From: Parcubacteria group bacterium
Lineage (GTDB): Bacteria; Patescibacteriota; Minisyncoccia; UBA6257; Colwellbacteraceae
Length of the DNA: 58,319 nucleotides
Assembly (NCBI GenBank): GCA_041649615.1
Contig: JBAZMT010000005.1
Span: 1 to 58,319, forward strand
Direction of reading: 5' to 3'
How positions within the stretch are numbered: position 1 is the stretch's first letter; each line of letters opens with the position of its first letter. Under the pieces are notes generated by a model. It had not been told where the DNA came from. It did no database searches and saw only the letters and a list, made by a program, of their open reading frames with translations. A program made the translations under genes and the position numbers. Positions 30,115-37,777 of the stretch are shown here, one piece after another.

Positions 30115-31968
30115 ATGAAACTTTCCGTCCGGTATCGTCTGGACGCCGTTTTGTCTTTCTTTTTAATCGTTACCCTTACCCTTCATTTCAGTCGGATGCT
30201 TTCGGGTATAGGCGTTTACGTGCTTCCCATTATGGCCGTTATCGGTTTGGTACCCGTACTCTTGGGAGTAATTCGTTCGTTCCGCGAGAAAGAGTGGGCT
30301 TCAATGGATTCACTCGCTTCGGTGGCTCTTATATTTTCACTTTTAAGCCGTGAATGGATGTCCGCCGTTTTTATTGAGTTGATGCTTGCCGCCGCGCGAA
30401 TACTTGATGACGTTACGCGCGACAGGACGGAAAAGAGCGTTCGCGGTCTTTTGAAATTGCGGCCGGAAATCGCGCGGGTCGAAAAAGACGGAATGTTGGT
30501 TGATGTCCATATCCGGAGCGTTAAAATCGGCGATATTGTTGCCGTGGGAATAGGAGAACGCATGCCGGTAGACGGCATAGTGCTTTCGGGAAATGCGGCC
30601 GTCGATGAGTCGTCACTGACCGGCGAGTCGATTCCCGTGGATAAATCGGAGAAAAGTCGCGTAATGAGCGGAACGCTTATGCAATCGGGCAGTTTGCGCG
30701 TCAAAACGACTCACGTGGGTAAAGACACGACAATAGAGAGAGTGATAGCGCTCGTTGAATCGGCGCAGAATGAAAAACCTTCGGCGCAGACTTTGGGCGA
30801 ACGATTTGGGAAAATATATCTTATTTCCGTGTTTTTGGGAGTAATCGTTCTTTTTGCGATAACTCGTAATTTACCTCTTGTTTTAGCCGTAGTACTCGTG
30901 GTCTGCGCGGACGATCTCGCCATCGCCATACCCATTACCTATTTGCGAGCCATTCACGCGGCGGCCAATCTAGGAATTATCGTAAAAGGCAGCCGGCATT
31001 TGGAAATGTTCGGCAAGCTCCGGACGATCGTTTTTGACAAGACGGGAACGCTTACGACCGGCGTTCTTTCCGTAGCCTCGATTATCAGGACGAAAGGACA
31101 CTCTGAAGACGACGTGCTTGAATGGAGCCTCTTCGCCGATTCTTTTTCCAATCACCCAATATCGCGCGCTATCGTGAATTACGCCCTGGAGCGCGGATTT
31201 AAGACCACCGCTCCCGATTCCGCCGAAGAGAAGGGAGGTAAAGGGGTCGTAGCGAAGACAGGGAAAAACAAAATCGTTACCGGGAAAAGAATTTTTTTGG
31301 AGGAACAGGGCATCACTTTTCCTCCGGAAATCATTGAAGCCGCGGACAGGGAAGCTTCTCTTGGACGCAGCGTTTCTTACGTTTCCAAAAATGGGCGCGT
31401 TATCGGATGTATTACAGCGGCCGACACGATAAGAGAAAACGCCAAAAAATCGATAAAGGAGCTCCGAGAGCTTGGCATCCAAAAAATAGTCATGCTTACG
31501 GGCGACAATAAACGCGCCGCGGAAGCAATCGCTGAACAATTAGGCGTAGACGAGTGGCACGCCGAGCTCATGCCCGAAGAAAAAGTAGAAATTATAAGAC
31601 AACTTCAAAAAAATGATTTAGTCGCCATGGTCGGCGACGGAGTGAACGACGCAGCGGCGCTTTCAATTGCCGGCGTCGGTGTTGCCATGGGAGGTCTCGG
31701 CGCCGAGGGGACGATCGATTCGGCGCAAATTGTTCTAATGCGGGACAATCTCTTGACTCTTCCCGCAGCCATGCGCATCGCTCGGGCGGCGCGCCGAGTT
31801 TCAATTGAGGACTTCGGAATATGGGGAGCCACGAACGCTTGCGGACTCGCGCTTGTTTTTCTCGGATTTATCGGACCCGCGGGCGCGGCGGCTTATAATT
31901 TTCTTTCAGATTTTTTGCCCCTTTTTAATTCTATGAGAATAAAAATAAAACGACGTCAATTGTCGTAA
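30115..31968 (+). CDS. P1B-like P-type ATPase lacking an N-terminal metal-binding domain, with a non-canonical TM6 motif
   Basis: 617 aa with TGES, DKTGTLT, MLTGDN and GDGVNDA. Where CPC/SPC is expected, the sequence reads VVCADDLAIAIP. Confidence 0.85.
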   Translation: MKLSVRYRLDAVLSFFLIVTLTLHFSRMLSGIGVYVLPIMAVIGLVPVLLGVIRSFREKEWASMDSLASVALIFSLLSREWMSAVFIELMLAAARILDDVTRDRTEKSVRGLLKLRPEIARVEKDGMLVDVHIRSVKIGDIVAVGIGERMPVDGIVLSGNAAVDESSLTGESIPVDKSEKSRVMSGTLMQSGSLRVKTTHVGKDTTIERVIALVESAQNEKPSAQTLGERFGKIYLISVFLGVIVLFAITRNLPLVLAVVLVVCADDLAIAIPITYLRAIHAAANLGIIVKGSRHLEMFGKLRTIVFDKTGTLTTGVLSVASIIRTKGHSEDDVLEWSLFADSFSNHPISRAIVNYALERGFKTTAPDSAEEKGGKGVVAKTGKNKIVTGKRIFLEEQGITFPPEIIEAADREASLGRSVSYVSKNGRVIGCITAADTIRENAKKSIKELRELGIQKIVMLTGDNKRAAEAIAEQLGVDEWHAELMPEEKVEIIRQLQKNDLVAMVGDGVNDAAALSIAGVGVAMGGLGAEGTIDSAQIVLMRDNLLTLPAAMRIARAARRVSIEDFGIWGATNACGLALVFLGFIGPAGAAAYNFLSDFLPLFNSMRIKIKRRQLS

Positions 31969-32036
31969 GGACAATTTTGTGCTTTACTTTCGTCCAGTCC
32001 GTTACAAACTAAAAAAGCGCGAAAGGAGGAAACTCA

Positions 32037-32438
32037 ATGTTTTCCATAAAAGATGCAGGGTCGGTAATTTCTGGCATCGCTTTTTGCAACAATGCACGGC
32101 ATAGACGCCGCTCCAGAAAGACACTTAACCGGCTGGCAGAAGAAATAGAGGCATTCAAGAACTATCTCGCGGTTCGGGAAGAAGCGATTAAGGATACGGT
32201 GATCCTCATCTTGAATACTTCGGATGCAAACGGCCAGGAGCTTCAAAAACTTTCGGGAAGATTTTGGAGCAAATACAATTTGGGAAAAAGCAATTTTGTA
32301 ATCAAGTCCGTTTCGCGCGAAGATGTGAGAAGGGCGCTCGCCTCTTTTGACGGAGAAGCGGCAATGAATTTGAATCTTTCAAATGAGTTCGTTGCCATTG
32401 TCGTTGATCGCGGTGTGGCCGGAGTTTTCGCCATATGA
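32037..32438 (+). CDS. Hypothetical protein
   Basis: 133 aa with a strong SD (AAGGAGGA, 7 nt before the ATG). A hairpin ATCCCCTT-CTTC-AAGGGGAT plus T-run lies downstream. Confidence 0.6.
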   Translation: MFSIKDAGSVISGIAFCNNARHRRRSRKTLNRLAEEIEAFKNYLAVREEAIKDTVILILNTSDANGQELQKLSGRFWSKYNLGKSNFVIKSVSREDVRRALASFDGEAAMNLNLSNEFVAIVVDRGVAGVFAI

Positions 32439-32532
32439 CGCTTATGTTTCGCATTTTAGAATCCCCTTCTTCAAGGGGATTTTTATTAATAAAAAAGCCC
32501 CGATGTTAAAATCGAGGCTTTGCCGCAAGGAA

Positions 32533-34098
32533 TTATTTCCTTTTGGCATCGAACAAGTAAAGAACTTTCAGGCCATAGACCCAATAACAAATACGATTTT
32601 CGTCAAAGGAATCCATATAGAAATGAACCGCGGCTCCTTCGTCAGATGCCACTCCTTCAAGGGCTTCCATTGAATGCTCATACTGCCGAGGGCCCGTCCA
32701 TTGCGCGGAAATGTCTTCGAGCGACCGCCGATAGCTTTTTTTCGTAAGCTCGCGTTCTTTCTGCTTCAACAGACACTCTTTCGACGTTTCGTTTGATGCG
32801 GGCTTCTTTTTTAGGAATACGCCCACTAGCAGCAGAATAACGCTTGCGGGAAGCGAAATATACATGAGCACGATAAAAGCTTCGTATAAACCCGTGAGCC
32901 AACCGGCGCGCGTTTTTTCCGTTTCCTTCACCGCTCCCTGCTTTTCCACTTCGGGGCCGGTGTTCCAGACGATTTTGCCTCCTTCCAGTTTTCCCGTGAG
33001 GGATTCGGAAAGAAATTCATCGCTCACATTGGCTTCCGCGACAGAAGCCTCCAAATGAAGTTTCGCTTTGACCTTCAGGTCAACCGACATCGACGGGCGA
33101 TGGTCAGCAGAGTCAAGGAGATTTACTGCCGTTTTAATGTCTTCCGAATTGAGCGGAATGACCATTTTCCCTTCCGCCGAATCGAACTGCAGGTTTTTCG
33201 AGAGAATGACCTTTTGCCACCTATCAAGGCTCGTTCCTTCCACTTCAACCGTTCCGGAAATTTTTACATTTCCGATTTCCTTATCGGAAGTCAGATCGTA
33301 GAGGAAGATTAGGTCAGCCGCGTTTTCTCCTTGGGTAACGGAGAAGGCTCCCTTCTCCACGGGCTCCGGTTTTTCCGTCTCCGCTTTTTTGCTTATTTTG
33401 GAGACGGAGATGAGCGCGTTTTCGCGGATTTGGGCATCATAGCCGAAGCCGTAAAGGGCCCAACATCCTTCGCCGCGGTGAGCGCCGCTCAATTGATCTT
33501 CTATTTCAAAAACCGAAGAATTGAGCTTTCCGCCTACCGAGGCGACGAGCGTTTCTTTCCCGTCAGTCACCGTCGCTATGATGTCCAGACGGTAGGTGTT
33601 GTCCATGAAGTACTCTATCTGGGAGTTGTATCGCGGGTTTAAGTCCCTTTCGATTTGGGCTCCCGTAGCGAGAATGTTTCCGAAGTCCAGCGGGAAAGAG
33701 ATTTCCATTTTGTCGGAGCGCTTTTTTACTTCGTCCGTTTGGAGAACTTCCTTTTGCCATTTCCCGTTGACTTCCGAAAGTACCGCTCTTACGGAGACAG
33801 TCTTTTCCGACGGTTCGGCTTTTGTGGCTTCATCGCGCGCCAAGACATAGGCGAAATTCATCGTCATATTTTCCGTTATAGGCGGGAAAATGGTCTCGGC
33901 GGCGTTTTGATGATTGCCGTAGGGTTGCAAGGTGAAGCTTCCCGTTTGCTTATAGGAAGCGATTGTCTTTTCTTTTCCGTCTCCCGCGGCGGGGCCGATG
34001 ATGAGCGAACCCACCAGGGACACGACAAAGATAAAAAGAAGAACGAACGGCGCGAGGGTGATGAACGGACGCTTTGTCCGCCACTTTGGAATTCTCAT
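32533..34098 (-). CDS. Bitopic membrane protein with a large ectodomain, partner of the SipW-like peptidase (possibly DUF5305-like; unverified)
   Basis: 521 aa with an N-terminal TM helix (FITLAPFVLLFIFVVSLVGSLII) and a second TM helix near residue 410 (FIVLMYISLPASVILLLVGVF), then a cytoplasmic tail of ~85 aa. Its ATG overlaps the peptidase TGA (ATGA at 34095-34098). Confidence 0.7.
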   Translation of the reverse strand: MRIPKWRTKRPFITLAPFVLLFIFVVSLVGSLIIGPAAGDGKEKTIASYKQTGSFTLQPYGNHQNAAETIFPPITENMTMNFAYVLARDEATKAEPSEKTVSVRAVLSEVNGKWQKEVLQTDEVKKRSDKMEISFPLDFGNILATGAQIERDLNPRYNSQIEYFMDNTYRLDIIATVTDGKETLVASVGGKLNSSVFEIEDQLSGAHRGEGCWALYGFGYDAQIRENALISVSKISKKAETEKPEPVEKGAFSVTQGENAADLIFLYDLTSDKEIGNVKISGTVEVEGTSLDRWQKVILSKNLQFDSAEGKMVIPLNSEDIKTAVNLLDSADHRPSMSVDLKVKAKLHLEASVAEANVSDEFLSESLTGKLEGGKIVWNTGPEVEKQGAVKETEKTRAGWLTGLYEAFIVLMYISLPASVILLLVGVFLKKKPASNETSKECLLKQKERELTKKSYRRSLEDISAQWTGPRQYEHSMEALEGVASDEGAAVHFYMDSFDENRICYWVYGLKVLYLFDAKRK

Positions 34099-35045
34099 TC
34101 AGTTATCCTCCTTTTGATTCTTTCTTTCCGTCGAGGTTTTTTAACCGCCACGAGGACGATTACTACGCCGACCGGAATGAGTATTTCGAGAGTCATCGCG
34201 GCCACCACTGCATAGGGCGACCATTTGAAAAGATTGTGAACAAGAGAGAGCGGCAAGGGCAGCAACGGGAGAAACGAACCGCTTTTGAGCGTGATATTTT
34301 TTTTATCCGACTCAATCGCGATTATTTTTTCTTCTCCCGGAATCAAAAGAAAGTTATCTTCCGATAGCGTGCCGTCGGAGACAAGAAAGATCTCCATGGG
34401 CAACAGGGTTGTCACTTTTTTTTCCATCACATATCCGCCATCGGGATGTTCAATGAGAACCGTTCTCTGTTCGGTCACACCGTGGCCAATCATTGACCAC
34501 GCGCATATTCCGATGACCGCGAGAATAACCAAAGCGTTTTTCATCGAGAACGCTTCGGCACGCGTCGGTCTCCTCTTTTCCTTTTCAAGAAGAATGACGA
34601 GAATCAGCGCACTTCCCAGAACAAAGAGAAGGCTCATTAGGGCGATCTTGTTTCCAAGAACGAATCCGAGAAGAGGAATTCTTCCGCGAGCTTTCCCGAG
34701 AAAATTGTCTTTAGTGACAACTTTCTGGTCAGGCGTTTTGTTGGCGTCTCCTTTCGTCGTTATGAAGATGTCCTCCCCGCGTTTTTCGATGCTTACGGCT
34801 CTATGCACCGTCAAATCGGTGCTGTCGTTAGGGCTACTGAAGACGATTATGTCTCCGATTTCCACTTTGGATATGTCGGTTTTGATACAAAGATGTTCGT
34901 CTCCAAGACATAGGGTCGGAACCATGCTTTCGCTCGTGACATGATGAAAGCTCCAGCCGACAAGAGGCATTACAACGGCGATAAAAAAGAAGATGAAAAG
35001 AGCTATTACGGTGAGTGCATCGGGAACGATTTTTTTGAGAGTCAC
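34095..35045 (-). CDS. SipW/archaeal-type signal peptidase I (S26B) with extra C-terminal TM segments
   Basis: The boxes are HHVTSESMVPTL (Ser), VHRAV (His) and TTKGDANKTPD. I place the start at GTG 35045 (MTLKKIVPDAL...), 10 nt after AAGGAGG. The track start TTG 35156 is itself the -35 hexamer TTGACA. Confidence 0.8.
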   Translation of the reverse strand: MTLKKIVPDALTVIALFIFFFIAVVMPLVGWSFHHVTSESMVPTLCLGDEHLCIKTDISKVEIGDIIVFSSPNDSTDLTVHRAVSIEKRGEDIFITTKGDANKTPDQKVVTKDNFLGKARGRIPLLGFVLGNKIALMSLLFVLGSALILVILLEKEKRRPTRAEAFSMKNALVILAVIGICAWSMIGHGVTEQRTVLIEHPDGGYVMEKKVTTLLPMEIFLVSDGTLSEDNFLLIPGEEKIIAIESDKKNITLKSGSFLPLLPLPLSLVHNLFKWSPYAVVAAMTLEILIPVGVVIVLVAVKKPRRKERIKRRITE

Positions 35046-35126
35046 TACGCACGAACCTCCTTTACGCGAATTATTTATCTTATTTGGTTGAAAAAGGCCT
35101 GGCTCCGGTGTTCCAGAGTTCGGGTT

Positions 35127-35156
35127 AGAATAATCAGAAAAAGTAGTTTTTGTCAA
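35127..35156 (-). promoter_or_regulatory. Putative sigma70-type promoter of the sipW-like operon
   Basis: On the minus strand, TTGACA (35156..35151), an 18-nt spacer, then TATTCT (35132..35127). Confidence 0.45.
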
Positions 35157-35171
35157 GTAACAAATTTAAAA

Positions 35172-35190
35172 CCCCTCTTTAAGAGAGGGG
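35172..35190 (-). terminator. Rho-independent terminator after TasA-like gene A
   Basis: CCCCTCT-TTAAG-AGAGGGG followed by a T-run on the minus strand. The same 19-nt hairpin recurs at 35992..36010. Confidence 0.8.
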
Positions 35191-35243
35191 CTTATGGGAA
35201 GCGGAGAGAAGAAGAAATTGCTGGCTACTTAGGCCGGTAGTTT

Positions 35244-35855
35244 TTACTGCGCAGTCGTCTGGCCTATCTGGAATTCGAAGCTCACGGTGACCTTATCGGT
35301 CTGAGCAAGATCGTCGTTCGGGCTGGACCACCAGTCTATCAGAGGCCTGATGCTTATTTCCTGGCCGGGAGCCAAAGGCTCATTCAGTTCAAACGACGCG
35401 GGTAAATTGTCCAGCTTGCCGTCATAGATGACCTTGTCGCCCGCGGATATCCATCCGTTCAAGTCATAGTCAATGAAGAGCCTCAAATTGACCAGCGAGC
35501 CGAGTTCGCCGACATCGCTCGTAGTGTCGCCGGCGAGGATTTCGGGGTTCGTGAGACCTTTCTCTTCGTTCACCACGCTGAAGTTTTCGAGGTCAAGGTA
35601 ACCCGGCTTGGTGCCGATGTTTTTGACCTTATACGACAGGTGGCTGATCTGGCTCGGGCCCATATTCTCCACGGCGAAAACAGCGACATTGTCCTGCTTG
35701 CCGTTCACCGTGATATCCAAGCTGCCTGCCTGGAAGTAGTTGCCGATGGAGGTCCCGATGTCGCTGAAGCTAGCGCCCGTGCCGAGGCTTAAGCCGCCTA
35801 CGACCATTATGGCCGCTAACGCAATGACAAGCAGGATTTTGCTGCGGTTTTTCAA
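35244..35855 (-). CDS. TasA/camelysin-like secreted fibre-subunit candidate A (SipW-type signal peptide)
   Basis: 203 aa. The TTG start lies 7 nt after AGGAGGA. The N-terminus is MKNRSKILLVIALAAIMVVGGLSLGTGASFSDIGTSIGNYFQAGSLDITVNGK, matching the TasA/CalY-type signal plus the N-terminal strand motif. Confidence 0.75.
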   Translation of the reverse strand: MKNRSKILLVIALAAIMVVGGLSLGTGASFSDIGTSIGNYFQAGSLDITVNGKQDNVAVFAVENMGPSQISHLSYKVKNIGTKPGYLDLENFSVVNEEKGLTNPEILAGDTTSDVGELGSLVNLRLFIDYDLNGWISAGDKVIYDGKLDNLPASFELNEPLAPGQEISIRPLIDWWSSPNDDLAQTDKVTVSFEFQIGQTTAQ

Positions 35856-35880
35856 GATTGATTCCTCCTAAAGATATTTT

Positions 35881-35910
35881 GAAATGGATTTCTTCTTCCC
35901 CTTCCGCAAA
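35881..35910 (-). repeat. Conserved 5'-leader element, copy A
   Basis: GAAATGGATTTCTTCTTCCCCTTCCGCAAA (plus strand) matches 36788..36817 at 26 of 30 positions. On the mRNA it is purine-rich (UUUGCGGAAGGGGAAGAAGAAAUCCAUUUC). Confidence 0.7.
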
Positions 35911-35944
35911 TTTGGATTTGTTAAATAGCCAGCAAACGAGGTTG

Positions 35945-35973
35945 AAAATAATATATATTATAATATTTGTCAA
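35945..35973 (-). promoter_or_regulatory. Putative sigma70-type promoter of TasA-like gene A
   Basis: On the minus strand, TTGACA (35973..35968), a 17-nt spacer, then TATTTT (35950..35945). Confidence 0.5.
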
Positions 35974-35990
35974 TAGAGCGGATATGAAAA

Positions 35991-36011
35991 GCCCCTCTTT
36001 AAGAGAGGGGC
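35991..36011 (-). terminator. Rho-independent terminator after TasA-like gene B
   Basis: GCCCCTCT-TTAAG-AGAGGGGC followed by TTTT on the minus strand. Confidence 0.8.
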
Positions 36012-36064
36012 TTTGAGGAAAGGCGAAAGAAAGAAGAGATTTCATCAGCTGCCGGCGCCGCGCG

Positions 36065-36760
36065 TCAGGGCTGTTCGAGGACGAACTCCACGTCGAAACC
36101 GAGCGAATCGGTCATCGACATATTTTGGTGATAATTGTTGTCCGTGGTCTCCGTCGGGAACTGCCAGGGAATGACTATGTCAACCGAGGCGCCCGGGGCG
36201 AGGATCATAATGCTATTCCAGCGCGCTGCATAGGAATTCAGGCCGCTCCAGTAAGGAACGCCGCTCCGGAAGCCCGGATAGGGGGTGGACTGGCCGTTGT
36301 AGGCAAGCTGGATATCGCCGGCATCAAATACCCTGTCGCTGTTCAGATCGGCATAAGGCGCGAACTGCATAAAGATGTCCAGCTCGCCGCCATTGCCCGG
36401 GTAGTCTCCCGTTGTGAGCCCGGGGCCGCCGAGAGGTCTTGGGTAGGCTTTGGCTTCGGGGTCAAGGATGCCGTTTTCCTCATCGATGGTTTTGGTCCAG
36501 TCCATGGCCAATCTGGCATCGATGCTGCCATCGTTCGTGATGGTCACGAAGCCCATGCCGTTGTCGCCCGGTTTGATGTTCTCGAGGGCGAAGGGCAGGG
36601 TCGCGGATTCTCCGACGCGCAGTACGAGCGAACCGGCTACGAACGTGTTGTTCTCGATCTTCTTCGAGTCCACCCACGAGGCGGACACGCCGAGGCTGCC
36701 GATGGCGACGACCATGATGAGCGCGATCAGAATGGCGATGAGGGTTTTCTTGTTCTTCAA
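36065..36760 (-). CDS. TasA/camelysin-like secreted fibre-subunit candidate B
   Basis: The TTG start at 36760 lies 7 nt after GAGGAGGA. The track start 36862 would read through the conserved leader. The N-terminus is (M)KNKKTLIAILIALIMVVAIGSLGVSASWVDSKKIENNTFVAGSLVLRV, followed by ENIKPGDNGMGFVTITNDGSIDARL. The gene is visibly GC-rich. Confidence 0.75.
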   Translation of the reverse strand: MKNKKTLIAILIALIMVVAIGSLGVSASWVDSKKIENNTFVAGSLVLRVGESATLPFALENIKPGDNGMGFVTITNDGSIDARLAMDWTKTIDEENGILDPEAKAYPRPLGGPGLTTGDYPGNGGELDIFMQFAPYADLNSDRVFDAGDIQLAYNGQSTPYPGFRSGVPYWSGLNSYAARWNSIMILAPGASVDIVIPWQFPTETTDNNYHQNMSMTDSLGFDVEFVLEQP

Positions 36761-36787
36761 AGTATCTTCCTCCTCTGAAATATTGTT

Positions 36788-36817
36788 GGAATAGATTTCT
36801 TCTTCTCCTTCCGCAAA
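36788..36817 (-). repeat. Conserved 5'-leader element, copy B
   Basis: GGAATAGATTTCTTCTTCTCCTTCCGCAAA, a paralog of 35881..35910, occupies the same position relative to the promoter and SD. Confidence 0.7.
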
Positions 36818-36846
36818 CTTGTTAAGGCAACTGATAAACGGAGGGT

Positions 36847-36875
36847 AGAATAATATATGCACAAACCATTGTCAA
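36847..36875 (-). promoter_or_regulatory. Putative sigma70-type promoter of TasA-like gene B
   Basis: On the minus strand, TTGACA (36875..36870), a 17-nt spacer, then TATTCT (36852..36847). Confidence 0.5.
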
Positions 36876-36898
36876 GAGGGCTAATAAAGATATAAAAA

Positions 36899-36922
36899 GC
36901 CCCTTACCAGACGGTATGGGGC
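36899..36922 (-). terminator. Rho-independent terminator after TasA-like gene C
   Basis: On the minus strand, GCCCCATACC-GTCT-GGTAAGGGGC (one mismatch) followed by TTTTT. Confidence 0.6.
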
Positions 36923-36936
36923 GAGGTTAGGGGTTT

Positions 36937-37515
36937 TTATCCCCAGTAGCTGAAGGTGTTCATCGGCATAACAGTGAACGTATAGGTAAACGTAGCTTCA
37001 ACGTTTTGAGAGGTATTGTCTGCGGCATCATCGAGCTTGAATTCCCAGATAAAACAGTGGATGGCACCGGAATTTAGGTTTCCCAATGTTTCAGCCGAGT
37101 CAATATGAAGGTTATTTAATTTCCCCTCATAAATTATCGGCCAATCGCTAGCGTCGGTTGTCCCGCCGTTCGTTTTGCGAATGCAAACCATAATCGCGTC
37201 CGCGAAGCCGGGAAACGATTCAGAACTGGCCTCTGCGCTGATTTTATATCTGACGGGCAGAAGGCCGAGGTTCTTTATAGTCATCGGTTTGGGTTCACTC
37301 CAAACGCCAGGAGCCAGTTTTCCGTCTGGAGACGGCGAGCCGGTAATTGTTATTCCCGTGGCGTTTATCTTCGCGTTTGCACCAGCGGATGCGACGTCTA
37401 TCGAGACTTTGTTGCAAAGAAGGCAAATGATGTTCCCGATAGCGGTGACAAGAAGCAGGAAAACTAAGACGATAAAGATAATAGTCGAGACGGGCGTCTT
37501 TTTCTTCTCATCCAC
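36937..37515 (-). CDS. Divergent TasA-like secreted protein C (minor subunit candidate)
   Basis: 192 aa. The GTG start lies 7 nt after AGGAGGA. It has a K-rich n-region and a long hydrophobic helix. The body (PGVWSEPKPMTIKNLGLLPVRYKISAEAS) resembles the PGD...N.G strand of copies A and B. This assignment is weaker than for A and B. Confidence 0.55.
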   Translation of the reverse strand: MDEKKKTPVSTIIFIVLVFLLLVTAIGNIICLLCNKVSIDVASAGANAKINATGITITGSPSPDGKLAPGVWSEPKPMTIKNLGLLPVRYKISAEASSESFPGFADAIMVCIRKTNGGTTDASDWPIIYEGKLNNLHIDSAETLGNLNSGAIHCFIWEFKLDDAADNTSQNVEATFTYTFTVMPMNTFSYWG

Positions 37516-37591
37516 GGATGATTCCTCCTAGTCTTTCAATTTTAAAAGATGCGGCTACCGTATCACGAAAATATTATCTTGTCAAAATGAG

Positions 37592-37714
37592 CTAGGTTCT
37601 CATCTTACTGATCAAACACAGGATCACGCCTATGGCCGTAAGCACTATGATGGCGATTAAAAATATTTCTCGCCATTTTTCTTGATTGGAAACAGCTTTT
37701 TTCTTTTTCTTCAT
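37592..37714 (-). CDS. Possible 40-aa single-TM micro-protein
   Basis: Own translation gives MKKKKKAVSNQEKWREIFLIAIIVLTAIGVILCLISKMRT. It is below the track length cut-off and has no clear SD. Confidence 0.3.
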   Translation of the reverse strand: MKKKKKAVSNQEKWREIFLIAIIVLTAIGVILCLISKMRT

Positions 37715-37732
37715 CGCTTTAATAATTATACC

Positions 37733-37766
37733 AACAAAGACACCGCGATCGCGGTGTCTTTGTTGT
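37733..37766. terminator. Perfect 34-nt palindrome (17-bp arms), likely the terminator of 37778..39268
   Basis: CAACAAAGACACCGCGA|TCGCGGTGTCTTTGTTG sits directly after the stop codon of the upstream gene. Confidence 0.6.
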
Positions 37767-37777
37767 TTAATGTCTGC

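Noticed and set aside
35046-35156. Longer N-terminus for the SipW-like peptidase, starting at TTG 35156.
   Set aside because: That TTG is the first half of a TTGACA -35 hexamer with a matching -10. An AAGGAGG site followed by GTG at 35045 gives a normal K-rich N-terminus directly before the first TM helix.
35770-36862. ORF extensions that translate the conserved leader as ...KFAEGEEEI... (track ORF 35770..36045 and the 5' extension of 36065..36862).
   Set aside because: The shared peptide arises from the duplicated non-coding leader. In both cassettes a perfect SD followed by a TTG start lies downstream, at the beginning of a canonical signal peptide. The extensions would also run through the predicted promoters.
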